A stretch of DNA of 64,000 nt, from assembly GCA_007375595.1 (NCBI GenBank), contig VMEP01000001.1:255883-319882 (forward strand), in the 5' to 3' direction. Positions 43,931 to 57,005 of this stretch are shown piece by piece. The stretch's first letter is position 1. Each line of letters begins with the position of its first letter. The notes under the pieces were generated by a model that ran no database searches, was not told where the DNA came from, and saw nothing but the letters and a program-made list of their open reading frames with translations. The DNA comes from Parcubacteria group bacterium LiPW_30 (GTDB lineage: Bacteria > Patescibacteriota > Minisyncoccia > Phycocordibacterales > VMEP01). The position numbers and the translations under genes are program-made.

Positions 43931-45637
43931 ATGAGTTTTCTCGACAAGCTTGCTGAAGAAAAAATAATTAAACAAAGTGAGCTTGAAGAAATAAGCTTGC
44001 GTTTAGCTGAGGGGAATACAGATGTTGACGATATTCTTATCGCCAAGGGAGTGAAAGAGGATGTTATTGTTAAGCTAAAATCTGAATATTCCAATGTTCC
44101 AATGCGAAGAATAGATATAAAAGCTATTTCTTTTGACGTTTTAAAATATATTCCAGAGGAGTCGGCAACTTATTATAAATTTGTTCCAATTGGAGTCACT
44201 CAGGGTGTGCTTGAAGTTGGCCTTTTGGACCCAGATAACCTAGATACTCGCGATGCGTTACAGTTTATTGCTTCGAAAATTGGGATGCCGTTTAAGATGT
44301 TTGTTATTTCAAAATCTGATTTCAACGGGATAATTAATAACTACAAAGGATTAACCGGGGAAGTGACCCACGCACTTGAAGATCTTACTCCACCTCAAGG
44401 AGACATGGATCTTGATGCGGAAAAAGCTGAAGGAAAGGTTGATACAGAAAAAATAATAGAAGACGCCCCAGTTTCTAAAATAGTTGCGGTTATTTTAAGA
44501 CATGCCACAGAGGGTGGCGCCTCAGATATTCATATCGAAAACGCTGGAGACAAAGTTAAGGTTAGGTTTCGTGTTGACGGTGTTTTGCATACAAGTTTGT
44601 TTCTGCCGTTAAAAGTTTACGCGGCGGTTATTTCTCGTATTAAAATTCTCGCCAACTTAAAGCTCGACGAAAAAAGAAAACCACAAGACGGACGTTTCTC
44701 GGTAAAACTAGAAGGTAGGAAAGTGGATATTCGTGTTTCTTCTTTGCCAACATTTTACGGAGAGAAGATAGCAATGAGAATTCTTGATTCGGAAAAGGGT
44801 GTTAAGCCACTTGATAGCATTGGTCTTACTGAAGGAAATTTGGCGAAAATAAGAAAGGCCATGCTTGAGCCGTATGGTTTGATTTTAGTTAGTGGACCAA
44901 CCGGTTCTGGAAAGACGACCACTCTTTACTCGATGTTAAATGAGCTTGATAGAGAAAAAAGAAACGTAGTAAGTTTGGAAGATCCGGTTGAATACAATAT
45001 TCCAGGGATGAATCAATCTCAAATTGTTCCTGAGATTGGATATAGTTTTGCTTCTGGTCTCCGTTCTATTTTGCGTCAGGACCCAGACGTGATAATGGTT
45101 GGTGAAATTCGTGATAAAGAAACTGCCGAACTTGCAATTCAGGCTTCTTTGACTGGGCACATGGTGTTCGCAACCATCCACACTAATAACGCAATCGGTA
45201 CAGTTCCTCGTTTGGTTGATATGGGTATAGACCCATATTTGATTGCTCCGACTTTAACTCTCTCGATTGCTCAGCGTTTGGTTCGTGTCGCTTGCCCTGC
45301 CTCTATTCGGCCAGTACCGGTTGAGGGTGCAATTAAAATGATGTTTGATAAACAATTCGCAGATTTACCAGAGGAGTTTAAGAAAGAATTGAATCTTGGG
45401 GGGAATGTTTACAACGTTGAGCCGTCTCCGGAATGCCCTTCAGGTACTCGTGGTCGCGTCGCGGTGTTTGAGATTTTTGATATAGATAAAGAGGTGGAGG
45501 CTATGATCTTGAAAGACCCAACAGACATAGAACTTTGGAAGATTGCTCGTAAAAAGGGGATGCTCACAATGAGAGAAGACGCTATCCAAAAGGCTCTTCG
45601 TGGAGAGATTGCTTTTCAAGAAGTAAACTCATTGTAA
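43931..45637 (+). CDS. pilB: Type IV pilus extension ATPase PilB/GspE
   Basis: ASDIHIE, PQDGR, GPTGSGKTTT, LRQDPDVIMVGEIRD. Confidence 0.95.
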   Translation: MSFLDKLAEEKIIKQSELEEISLRLAEGNTDVDDILIAKGVKEDVIVKLKSEYSNVPMRRIDIKAISFDVLKYIPEESATYYKFVPIGVTQGVLEVGLLDPDNLDTRDALQFIASKIGMPFKMFVISKSDFNGIINNYKGLTGEVTHALEDLTPPQGDMDLDAEKAEGKVDTEKIIEDAPVSKIVAVILRHATEGGASDIHIENAGDKVKVRFRVDGVLHTSLFLPLKVYAAVISRIKILANLKLDEKRKPQDGRFSVKLEGRKVDIRVSSLPTFYGEKIAMRILDSEKGVKPLDSIGLTEGNLAKIRKAMLEPYGLILVSGPTGSGKTTTLYSMLNELDREKRNVVSLEDPVEYNIPGMNQSQIVPEIGYSFASGLRSILRQDPDVIMVGEIRDKETAELAIQASLTGHMVFATIHTNNAIGTVPRLVDMGIDPYLIAPTLTLSIAQRLVRVACPASIRPVPVEGAIKMMFDKQFADLPEEFKKELNLGGNVYNVEPSPECPSGTRGRVAVFEIFDIDKEVEAMILKDPTDIELWKIARKKGMLTMREDAIQKALRGEIAFQEVNSL

Positions 45638-45730
45638 TGAGGTGGATAACACGTTTTGTAGTATGATATATAATATTCAGTGGATTAAGAAGTATAAAAT
45701 ATTTCTTAAAAATCTGAATAGATACATATT

Positions 45731-46123
45731 ATGGAGAAAATGAATAAAAAAATACTTATTGTTGATGACGATAATTTTTTGCTTGATATGTACAGTTTAA
45801 AATTCACCGAACGTGGTTTTAGCGTGGACTCATCTTTGGGGAGCGTTGACCTAATTCAGAAGCTACGCGGTGGAGCGACCCCAGACATTTTGTTATTAGA
45901 CATTGTTATGCCGACAATGGATGGTTTTGAAGTTTTGGAGGCAATAAAAAAAGAAAATTTAGCAAAAGGTGCTATTAAAATAATACTTTCAAACCGCGGA
46001 CAGAAGGAGGATATAGACCGCGGGATAAGTTTAGGGGCAAAGGGATATATTGTAAAAGCAACAGCTACACCAACGGAAGTGGTTGATAAGGTGATAGAAA
46101 TAATTGGATCTTCTCAGAAATAA
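45731..46123 (+). CDS. Single-domain response regulator
   Basis: LIVDDD, LLDIVMP.MDG, GA.GYIVK. Confidence 0.93.
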   Translation: MEKMNKKILIVDDDNFLLDMYSLKFTERGFSVDSSLGSVDLIQKLRGGATPDILLLDIVMPTMDGFEVLEAIKKENLAKGAIKIILSNRGQKEDIDRGISLGAKGYIVKATATPTEVVDKVIEIIGSSQK

Positions 46124-46143
46124 TAAAATATTAATTATTTAAA

Positions 46144-47208
46144 ATGGATTATCAAAAAATACTCGCAGAATTGATTTCTATCGTTATTAAAGAAGGTGGC
46201 TCAGACCTCCACTTATCAGAAGGTCGGTATCCGGCAGTTCGTGTCGCGGGGACGTTGAGTTATCTTGTAAAAAAAGAAGTACTTAAAAAAGAAGATACCC
46301 TTGGTTTACTCGAGGCTCTTATTGGAAAAGAGAGAGTTAAAAAATTTTTAGAAAAACAAGAGTTTGATTTTTCATATGAATTTAATAAAGGGGAGGCAAG
46401 AATGAGAGGTAATGCTTTTATAGAAAAAGGGGCAATAAGTGTTGCTTTGAGACTTATTCCAAGGGTAAAAACTTTAGCTGAGTTGAGACTTCCTCCGATA
46501 CTCACTGAATTTGCAAGAAAAAAACAAGGATTTTTCTTGGTAGTGGGCCCAGTTGGGCAAGGTAAATCAACAACACTCGCTTCGATGATTAATCTTATCA
46601 ACGCCGAACGAGCAGAACATATTGTTACGATTGAAGACCCTATTGAATATATCTTTGAACAAGAGCGCTCAATGATAGACCAACGTGAAGTTGGTATAGA
46701 CACAAAAGATTTTCAAACAGCGTTGAATTCTGTTTTTAGGCAAGACGTGAATGTCATTATGATTGGAGAAATGAGAAACCCAGAGACGATGGCAACAGCC
46801 GTAACCGCCGCTGAAACAGGACACCTTGTTTTTTCAACACTACACACAAACAACGCCTCTCAAACAATAGACCGTATTATTGACTCATTTAGTGCTGGGC
46901 AACAAGACCAGATTCGTGTACAACTTGCTTCAAGTTTACTCGGAATTTTTTCACAACGTCTTGTACCGCGCATTTCTGGTGGCATGGTTCCAGCATACGA
47001 GCTTTTGATAAAAAATAATGCTGTTGCTAATTTGATTCGAGAAAAAAGAACACATGAAATAAATATGATTATTGAAACAGGGTCAGAACAGGGGATGATT
47101 GATATGAACCACTCTTTATTAGAGCTTGTTTCTATGGGAGAAATAACACCAGAAAGTGCATATACTTATTCCCTTAATCCCAAAGGACTAGAAAGATCGC
47201 TTTCTTAA
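46144..47208 (+). CDS. pilT: Type IV pilus retraction ATPase PilT
   Basis: SDLHL, GPVGQGKSTT, TIEDPIE, GEMR, AETGHLV.STLHT. Confidence 0.95.
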   Translation: MDYQKILAELISIVIKEGGSDLHLSEGRYPAVRVAGTLSYLVKKEVLKKEDTLGLLEALIGKERVKKFLEKQEFDFSYEFNKGEARMRGNAFIEKGAISVALRLIPRVKTLAELRLPPILTEFARKKQGFFLVVGPVGQGKSTTLASMINLINAERAEHIVTIEDPIEYIFEQERSMIDQREVGIDTKDFQTALNSVFRQDVNVIMIGEMRNPETMATAVTAAETGHLVFSTLHTNNASQTIDRIIDSFSAGQQDQIRVQLASSLLGIFSQRLVPRISGGMVPAYELLIKNNAVANLIREKRTHEINMIIETGSEQGMIDMNHSLLELVSMGEITPESAYTYSLNPKGLERSLS

Positions 47209-47228
47209 GATAATTAAATTTTACTCAG

Positions 47229-48446
47229 ATGATTTTTTCATACAAAGCGATAACTCAAGATGGGCAAGAGAAGAAAGGCACTATTGAGGTTGCAACACAA
47301 GATATGGCAATTGTTGCGCTTCAGCGCCGAGGACTCGTTGTTGCTTCTATAGAGGAAGTCAAAGAAGGACAAGGTGGTTCTATTTTTAATTACAACCTCG
47401 CTTTTCTTGAAAGTGTTTCTTCAAAAGATGTGGTTATGCTTTCACGACAAGTTGCAACACTTTTTGACGCGAACGTTTCAGTTCTCAAGGCTTTTAGAAT
47501 GCTTGCAGCTGAATCAGAGAAATCGATTATTCGAAATAACCTAACATTACTATCTGACGATATACAAGGAGGGTTGTCTATTTCTGAATCAATGCTCAAA
47601 AGACCAGTATTATTCTCTCCTTTCTATGTGAACATGGTTAGGGCGGGGGAGGAATCAGGAAAATTATCAGACACATTTATGAGCCTTGCGGACCAAATGG
47701 AACGTTCGTACGAATTAACCTCAAAAGCTCGTGGGGCAATGATTTACCCAGCTTTCGTCATCGGGACGTTCGTGGTTGTTATGATATTAATGCTCACGAT
47801 GGTTATTCCAAAATTAGCAGGTATTTTGGAAGAGAGTGGACAAGCTGTTCCAGTTTATACGCAAATAGTTTTGTTCATGAGTAAGTTCCTTGTTGATTAT
47901 GGAATATTTTTTCTATTTCTCCTTGTTGGAATCGTTGTGTATCTTTGGAAGTTTAAATTTAAAGATGAAGGGGGGTTTTATCTTGACCGTATGAAATTGT
48001 CTATCCCTTTTGTGAAAGACCTTTTTGAGAAGTTATATTTATCTCGTATCTCCGATAACATGGACACGATGCTCTCTTCTGGAATTTCAATGGTGCGTTC
48101 TCTTGAGATTAGCGCCTCGGTTGTTGATAATAAAGTTTACGAACAAATATTGATTAAGACCGCTGAAGATGTGCGTGGTGGTGTTCCTCTTTCAGACGCT
48201 TTATACAAATACGAGGAAATGCCAAACATGATGATACAGATGATTCGAGTTGGAGAGGAAACTGGTAAACTCGCCCCAATCCTAAAAACAGTCGCCCGTT
48301 TTTATCGTCGTGAAGTTAATACCGCCGTTGATACCTTGGTGAGTTTGATTGAGCCAATTATGATTGTCGCCCTAGGTTTGGGTGTTGGTATCTTACTCGC
48401 ATCTGTTTTGGTCCCAATTTACAACATCGCTTCGGCTGGATTCTAG
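47229..48446 (+). CDS. pilC: Type IV pilus platform protein PilC
   Basis: GEESGKL, AMIYP, GEETGKL, LIEP. Confidence 0.95.
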   Translation: MIFSYKAITQDGQEKKGTIEVATQDMAIVALQRRGLVVASIEEVKEGQGGSIFNYNLAFLESVSSKDVVMLSRQVATLFDANVSVLKAFRMLAAESEKSIIRNNLTLLSDDIQGGLSISESMLKRPVLFSPFYVNMVRAGEESGKLSDTFMSLADQMERSYELTSKARGAMIYPAFVIGTFVVVMILMLTMVIPKLAGILEESGQAVPVYTQIVLFMSKFLVDYGIFFLFLLVGIVVYLWKFKFKDEGGFYLDRMKLSIPFVKDLFEKLYLSRISDNMDTMLSSGISMVRSLEISASVVDNKVYEQILIKTAEDVRGGVPLSDALYKYEEMPNMMIQMIRVGEETGKLAPILKTVARFYRREVNTAVDTLVSLIEPIMIVALGLGVGILLASVLVPIYNIASAGF

Positions 48447-48457
48447 TGGCAGAAAGA

Positions 48458-48560
48458 TAGCTTTTAGCTTCACCAGCTTCTTTAGGGGATAGGGGGCAGG
48501 TTGTATAGTTAAAAGCTCTCTCCTATCGGTCTAACAAGCTAATGAAGCTATGTTAGCTAA
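48458..48560. repeat. Periodic AGCT-type repeat
   Basis: tagcttttagcttcaccagcttc...ctaacaagctaatgaagctatgttagctaa. Confidence 0.6.
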
Positions 48561-48675
48561 CACCTGCTTAAAGTTGTCCACATAATCCTTCCCACAATAA
48601 AGATTGGCTGGTATAATAAGACAATCTTAAAAATTGAGGCTTTTTAATGGGTCAAATTATAATTTAAATTAAAAT

Positions 48676-49155
48676 ATGAATAGAAATAATAAAGGTTTTA
48701 CGCTTATCGAACTCTTGGTTGTTATCGCAATCATCGGTATTTTGTCGTCTATCGTTCTTGCTTCCCTAAACACAGCTCGTGGTAAGGGTGCAGACGCAGC
48801 TATTAAGGGGAACCTTGAAGGTATCCGTGTTCAAGCAGAAATGCTCTACGACACTAATGGTGGTTATGGTGTTGATGCTACACCTACAGCATTTACTGCC
48901 GCTGCTTGTGCAGCAACAGCAGATACTCTCTTTGCTGACACTGTAATCAAAGGTCAAATCACCTCTGCTGGTACTGCCGTGGACAGTGATGGTATGGCTA
49001 ATGGTAGTTGTGTAAGCACCGCTTCAGAATGGGCAGTATCAATGCCACTAAAGACAGCTCCCTCAACATCTTGGTGTGTTGATAGTACAGGAGCATCAAG
49101 GGTCGTTAGTCCAGCTGGTACAGATAAAGGATTTAGTGGTAATGCTTGTAAATAG
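48676..49155 (+). CDS. Type IV major pilin
   Basis: KG|FTLIELLVVIAIIGIL; own promoter and terminator. Confidence 0.93.
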   Translation: MNRNNKGFTLIELLVVIAIIGILSSIVLASLNTARGKGADAAIKGNLEGIRVQAEMLYDTNGGYGVDATPTAFTAAACAATADTLFADTVIKGQITSAGTAVDSDGMANGSCVSTASEWAVSMPLKTAPSTSWCVDSTGASRVVSPAGTDKGFSGNACK

Positions 49156-49230
49156 TCTTAATTTTCTATCAAACAAAAAACCCCGCTTTTCTGCGGGGTT
49201 TTTTGTTGTTGCATGATATAATTTAAGTAT

Positions 49231-50073
49231 ATGGAAGCGCTTATTGGATTATTTTCTTTTATTTTAGGAACAGTTGTTGGTAGTTTTCTGAATGTTGTAA
49301 GTTTGCGCCACAATACAGGCAGAGGTCTTTCTGGGCGTTCTTTTTGCTTTACTTGTGGAAAAACACTTAGTTGGTACGAACTAATACCCGTCTTTAGTTT
49401 TCTTTTTCAAAAGGGTAGATGTCGGGCATGTGAGAGTGCAATTTCTTGGCAGTATCCAACAGTTGAAGTAATAACTGGTATTTTGTTCTTTGCCCTTTCT
49501 CAAAAATTTTTAGACTTTTTTATGTTAGGTGCAATTGTTGGGGTTGGCAATTTTTATGGAGCGATGATTCTTTCCGCAATGGTTATTTACGCAGTACTTT
49601 TCGGTCTACTTATTGCTATCGGTGTTTATGACCTTAAGCACAAAATAATTCCCAATAAACTCGTTTATATATTTATTTTAGTTGCTTTTATACGTGTTGT
49701 TGGTGTTTCATTCATCAATATTTTTGTTTTAGGTGATACGCTCATTTCTGTTTTGCCGAACCTTTTATCGGGCCCTATTGTAGCTTTACCGCTTTTTCTT
49801 ATCTGGTTTTTATCAAATGGTCGTGCGATGGGGTTTGGGGATGTTAAATTGGCGCTTGGCCTTGGTTGGATGATGTCTTTGTGGGGAGCTTTAGCAGCAC
49901 TTATGATTTCGTTTTGGGTTGGCGGTATTGTTGGTATTATTTTATTGTTTTTGTTTAGTAAAAAAATTACAATGAAGACAGAGGTGCCGTTTGCTCCTTT
50001 CTTAATCTCCGGCACTATTATTGCTTTTTTCTTTAACATCAACATTTTCAGTTTTTTAGAATTTTTTGGCTAA
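49231..50073 (+). CDS. pilD: Prepilin peptidase
   Basis: GSFLNVV, CxxC pair, GFGDVKL, PFAPF. Confidence 0.95.
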   Translation: MEALIGLFSFILGTVVGSFLNVVSLRHNTGRGLSGRSFCFTCGKTLSWYELIPVFSFLFQKGRCRACESAISWQYPTVEVITGILFFALSQKFLDFFMLGAIVGVGNFYGAMILSAMVIYAVLFGLLIAIGVYDLKHKIIPNKLVYIFILVAFIRVVGVSFINIFVLGDTLISVLPNLLSGPIVALPLFLIWFLSNGRAMGFGDVKLALGLGWMMSLWGALAALMISFWVGGIVGIILLFLFSKKITMKTEVPFAPFLISGTIIAFFFNINIFSFLEFFG

Positions 50074-50095
50074 AAAACTTGAAGTAGAATAATAA

Positions 50096-50722
50096 ATGAA
50101 ACAAAAACTAATTAACCGAATACCTAAAAGCTACAGAATAATTCCTGAACGTGGTTTTACGATTATTGAACTATTAGTTGTTATCGGAATAATTGGGTTA
50201 CTTTCGTCGGTTACTTTGGCAAATTATAGAGACGTGTCAGCGCGTATTTCTCTTGAGAACTTAGTTCAACAAATGGCTATTATTGTTAGACAAGCTCAGG
50301 TTTACGGCATTTCTGTTGCGAAAACGAAAAATGTTGTTAGTGAATACCCTCCTTATGGAGTTCATTTTAATACGAGCCCAGCAACATCCTTCATTCTTTT
50401 TGTTGATAACGATGGAAGTGGACAATATTCTGGACAAAGCGAGGATGTTGAAATAATAAATTTAAAAAATAATAATGTGATAAGTGGTTTATCGGGGAAT
50501 AAAATTTCAAGTAGCTGTTTAAATATTCTTCCTCTTGGAACTTTGGACATTATTTTTACTCGACCAAATCCAGAGGCTGTTTTTTATGCTATCAGTGGAG
50601 AGTCGCAAGCTTATCCATCGGATGTGGAGATTACAGTGAAATCCCCAGATGGTTTATATAGAGAGGTAAGTGTATGGTCGACAGGACAAATAAGTGTTGG
50701 TAATGAGGCTTGTCCTTCTTAA
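50096..50722 (+). CDS. Minor pilin
   Basis: RG|FTIIELLVV. Confidence 0.9.
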   Translation: MKQKLINRIPKSYRIIPERGFTIIELLVVIGIIGLLSSVTLANYRDVSARISLENLVQQMAIIVRQAQVYGISVAKTKNVVSEYPPYGVHFNTSPATSFILFVDNDGSGQYSGQSEDVEIINLKNNNVISGLSGNKISSSCLNILPLGTLDIIFTRPNPEAVFYAISGESQAYPSDVEITVKSPDGLYREVSVWSTGQISVGNEACPS

Positions 50723-50730
50723 TTAACCCC

Positions 50731-51336
50731 ATGTCTCTTTTAAATAAATTTAAGAAATTAAATAAGGATAACTTTAAAAAAGGTTTTACACTTGTCGAAC
50801 TTTTGGTTGCAGTGTCGCTTTTTGTGGTTGTTTCAACGGTTAGTATTATGGCGTTAATTACGGTCAAAGAAGCTAATGCAAAAGCTCAGGTAAAAAGAAA
50901 CGTTTTGAATAATTTAAGTTTCGCTGTTGAGAATATGGCAAGAAATCTTCGTGTTGGGACTGTTTATAGTTGTAATAGAAGTAGTTTATCTCCAGCCGAA
51001 ACACCAGTTGGTGTTGACTGTGTTAACGGAGAAGACAACATTACCTTTAAGGATTATTTAGGAGATGCCGTGACATATTCTTTAGATGGTGATAGTAAGG
51101 TGATATTGAAAAAGATAACTGGTATCGAAAATCAAGGGAGAACAACACCCGCTTTGCCAATTACTTCTCCGGATGTTCAAATTGACACCCTTCGCTTTAT
51201 TGTGAGAGAGGCAGGCGCTGGTGGCTTACAGCCATTTGCTGTTATTTTTGTTGAGGGTGTTGCTAAACCAGGAACAAAATTAGAAACTAGGTTTAAGGTT
51301 CAAACGTCGGCTTCACAAAGAGTTCTTGATTTTTAA
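50731..51336 (+). CDS. Minor pilin
   Basis: KG|FTLVELLVAV. Confidence 0.9.
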   Translation: MSLLNKFKKLNKDNFKKGFTLVELLVAVSLFVVVSTVSIMALITVKEANAKAQVKRNVLNNLSFAVENMARNLRVGTVYSCNRSSLSPAETPVGVDCVNGEDNITFKDYLGDAVTYSLDGDSKVILKKITGIENQGRTTPALPITSPDVQIDTLRFIVREAGAGGLQPFAVIFVEGVAKPGTKLETRFKVQTSASQRVLDF

Positions 51337-51337
51337 T

Positions 51338-51880
51338 ATGAATATTTTTATAAAAAGAAATAATAGTGTGAGCAATGAAAGAGGTTTTACTTTAATAGAA
51401 TCTATTGTTGCTATTTTTATTCTCTTGATTGCGATTGTGATGCCGATGGCAGTAGTGGCCCGAGCGCTTTTTGCCGCAAATTATGCTCAAGACCAAATTA
51501 CTGCGGTTTATTTAGCACAAGAAGGTGTGGAGTTGGTGCGTAACACGAGAGACAACAATGTTTTGAGCGGCAGTGCTTTATGGGATCAGGGAGACTTGAG
51601 TAACTGTTATGGTGCGAGTGGTTGTTATGTTGACGCAGTTCATAGTAGTAACATGGTTAATGTTTGTTCTGGAACATGCCCGTATGTTCAAGAAGGTGTG
51701 GGTGGTGGTATTTCTTGGTATGGAAACAATAGCGATTGGGGAAACACTAAATATATAAGAACAATAAAGCTTTCAAAAATTAGCGATTATGAAATCAAGG
51801 TTAATTCAACTGTTACTTGGGCTACTCGCGCTGCACCAAGAACAGTTTTGGTCGAAGACGTCATAACGAATTGGCCATAA
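51338..51880 (+). CDS. Minor pilin (PilV-like)
   Basis: RG|FTLIESIVA, LAQEGVE. Confidence 0.88.
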   Translation: MNIFIKRNNSVSNERGFTLIESIVAIFILLIAIVMPMAVVARALFAANYAQDQITAVYLAQEGVELVRNTRDNNVLSGSALWDQGDLSNCYGASGCYVDAVHSSNMVNVCSGTCPYVQEGVGGGISWYGNNSDWGNTKYIRTIKLSKISDYEIKVNSTVTWATRAAPRTVLVEDVITNWP

Positions 51881-51885
51881 TTTTT

Positions 51886-54416
<2,531 letters not shown>

Positions 54417-54505
54417 TTTTTACTCATTGACTTTTACGTAAAAGTATGATAGTGTTTTTGATAGTTTGCTGTACCTAATATTAACCTTTCGTGAGGAGGC
54501 TCTGA

Positions 54506-54841
54506 ATGAAGCCACGTGAAAAAAGCGCACTAAAGAGTGTCGTCGTCTTGTTCTTCTGTGCTGTGATGATGTCGGTTACGGCGATGTTTTTTCCCGAGTA
54601 CTTTGTCGAGATGTTTTTTATTGTTTTTCTCGCCACTGTATTTGTAATCAACCGACACCTCTGTGCCTCGTGCCCGAAATGCGGAAGCTGGGACACGTCT
54701 CGGAAGAGCAGTATGTCATTTGATTCACATCTTGGCTCCTTTCATTCGGTTGAATGGCAGATCTGTTCATGTGGATATGAATGGGGGAGTCATCACGAAA
54801 TCCTTTCAGCGAGAGAACATTCCCGTAGAAGCCCTATGTAA
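54506..54841 (+). CDS. Hypothetical membrane protein with zinc-ribbon-like tail
   Basis: AGGAGG SD, TTGACT promoter, two TMs, CPKC...CSC. Confidence 0.75.
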   Translation: MKPREKSALKSVVVLFFCAVMMSVTAMFFPEYFVEMFFIVFLATVFVINRHLCASCPKCGSWDTSRKSSMSFDSHLGSFHSVEWQICSCGYEWGSHHEILSAREHSRRSPM

Positions 54842-54942
54842 TTTCCCTCAAGTGGATAAAAGGCGGAGTGGTAGCAATACCCCCGCCTTTTTGTTTTGTT
54901 TTTAAAAATATTACGGAATTGTATTTTTTTAATTTAAGACCC

Positions 54943-55121
54943 AAAATACCCCCAAAAAACATTGCGCAGTGCGACTGGCTCAATTGCGATAAGTGAAGCA
55001 ATTGAGAGACGGAGGCTGACGAGCCGAGTCGGGGTAGCGCAAATTTCTAGCAAGAAATTATGCGTGACCGAGCATAGTAAATTTTTAGCAAAAAATTATA
55101 CGCGTTTTTTGGGGGTATTTT
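54943..55121. repeat. Modular MITE/REP-like element, expanded copy
   Basis: Same ends as 1118-1207 with extra internal modules. Confidence 0.85.
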
Positions 55122-55176
55122 AAAAAAAGAGATTTACTACCAACTTTTGATTTCTTGCGTTAGTATAAAGGGATGA

Positions 55177-55300
55177 ATCCCGTTAGAAATCAGTATGTTA
55201 TATTTTGACGATGAATACATTTATCACACAACTAAATAGTCGAGCAATAGTTGCCAAACTAATACACGGAAGCGTCGACGCTTCCTATTTCTAACGGGAT
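55177..55300. mobile_element. MITE-like element with 14-bp perfect TIR at the gatC start
   Basis: ATCCCGTTAGAAAT / ATTTCTAACGGGAT; GGGATGAA repeated at 55170 and 55296. Confidence 0.8.
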
Positions 55301-55577
55301 GAAGAAAGAAGATTTAGACAAATTAGCCAAGCTTTCACGTCTTTCCATTACCGACGAGGAAAAAGAAAAGCTCGCTTTGGAATTTGACTCAATTTTGGGT
55401 TATGTTTCTGAAATTGAAAAAGTTTCAGTGGGAGAGCGCATTCTTGAGGCTGGTCCTTTAAGAAACGTTATGCGTGAAGACGGAGAGCCACACGAAAGCG
55501 GTCTTTATACTAAAGCCATTTTAAATAATGCTCCAGATACGGAAGATGGGTATTTGAAAGTTAAACAAGTTTTTTAA
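55299..55577 (+). CDS. gatC: Asp/Glu-tRNA amidotransferase subunit C
   Basis: LAKLSRL, ILGYV, NVMRED, NAP. Confidence 0.93.
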   Translation: MKKEDLDKLAKLSRLSITDEEKEKLALEFDSILGYVSEIEKVSVGERILEAGPLRNVMREDGEPHESGLYTKAILNNAPDTEDGYLKVKQVF

Positions 55578-55579
55578 AC

Positions 55580-57004
55580 ATGTCAGTTGATTTAAACAAG
55601 TTAATAATAGAGGAAGCATTGAAAGGACTCTCAAACGGAGATTTTTCGTCAGTTGACTTGGTAAAAAGTTCATTAAATATTATTTCCGAAAAAGAGGGAG
55701 ACATCCACGCCTATCTCGAAGTTTTTGATGACGCAATAGAGCAAGCAAAAAAAGCAGACGAGGAAAGAAAAAACGGTGGGAAAGGAATGCTTCTTGGAAT
55801 TCCTCTTGCTGTAAAAGATAACATTCTTATAGAAGGTCGCCGTGTTACTGCGGCTTCAAAAATACTTGAAGGCTATGTGGCGCCATATGACGCGACTGTC
55901 ATCAAACAACTTAAAAAAGAGGGGGCAATTTTTATCGGAAGAACAAACATGGACGAATTTGCCATGGGTGGTTCTACGGAAAATTCTGCGTTTGGTGTGA
56001 CAAAAAATCCACATGATTTGTCGAGAGTCGCTGGTGGTTCTTCGGGCGGGTCTGCCGCTGCCGTTGCCATGGGAAGTGTTTTGGGCGCGCTCGGCTCTGA
56101 TACGGGCGGTTCTATCAGACAACCTGCATCACTCTGCGGAGTTGTTGGTTTAAAAACTACATATGGTAGTGTGTCGCGTTTCGGGCTTATGGCGATGGGT
56201 TCTTCTCTTGATCAGATTGGACCATTTGCAAAAACAGTTGGCGACGCAGAAATATTATTTAAAGCAATTTCGGGTCACGATGAAATGGATAGCACTTCTT
56301 TGCCGGATGATTTTTATAAAACAGAGAGCAAGAAAGATAAATTGGTGATAGGTGTTCCTCGAAACTTTATTTTTACCGAAGGTATAGACAAAGAGGTGCT
56401 TTCAAATTTCGAAAAATCACTTAATCTTTTGGAAAAATCTGGCGCGGAAATAAAAGATATTGATTTGCCGAGTCTGAAGCACTCATTGGCTGTTTATTAT
56501 ATTTTGATGCCAGCGGAAGCTTCAACAAACTTGGCTCGCTTTGACGGTGTACGGTTTGGTCTTTCGGAAGATGGTGGAGATGTTTTAGGTTCTTACATGA
56601 AAACTCGTGGTGATGGATTTGGACGCGAGGTTCGTCGAAGAATTATGCTCGGAGCTTATGTTCTTTCTTCCGGGTATTATGACGCTTATTACAACAAGGC
56701 AAATGGTGTGAGGGCTCTTATAAACGACGACTTCAAGAAAGCTTTTAGTTCTGTTGATATTATTGCAACGCCGACTTCCCCGGTGCCGGCCTTTAAAATA
56801 GGGGAGAAATCAGAGGACCCACTTTCGATGTATCTTGCTGATATTTTCACAGTTCCTGTAAACTTAGCAGGAGTACCAGCGATTTCTATTCCATCAGGAT
56901 TTACAGAGGAAAAACTCCCGCTTGGAATTCAGTTTATTGCAGGACACGATAGAGAAGGAATACTTTTTGAGTTAGGAAAGAAGTTTGAATCAATTCGCGA
57001 ATAA
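55580..57004 (+). CDS. gatA: Asp/Glu-tRNA amidotransferase subunit A
   Basis: KDNI, GGSSGGSAAAV, GSDTGGSIRQPA. Confidence 0.97.
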   Translation: MSVDLNKLIIEEALKGLSNGDFSSVDLVKSSLNIISEKEGDIHAYLEVFDDAIEQAKKADEERKNGGKGMLLGIPLAVKDNILIEGRRVTAASKILEGYVAPYDATVIKQLKKEGAIFIGRTNMDEFAMGGSTENSAFGVTKNPHDLSRVAGGSSGGSAAAVAMGSVLGALGSDTGGSIRQPASLCGVVGLKTTYGSVSRFGLMAMGSSLDQIGPFAKTVGDAEILFKAISGHDEMDSTSLPDDFYKTESKKDKLVIGVPRNFIFTEGIDKEVLSNFEKSLNLLEKSGAEIKDIDLPSLKHSLAVYYILMPAEASTNLARFDGVRFGLSEDGGDVLGSYMKTRGDGFGREVRRRIMLGAYVLSSGYYDAYYNKANGVRALINDDFKKAFSSVDIIATPTSPVPAFKIGEKSEDPLSMYLADIFTVPVNLAGVPAISIPSGFTEEKLPLGIQFIAGHDREGILFELGKKFESIRE

Positions 57005-57005
57005 T

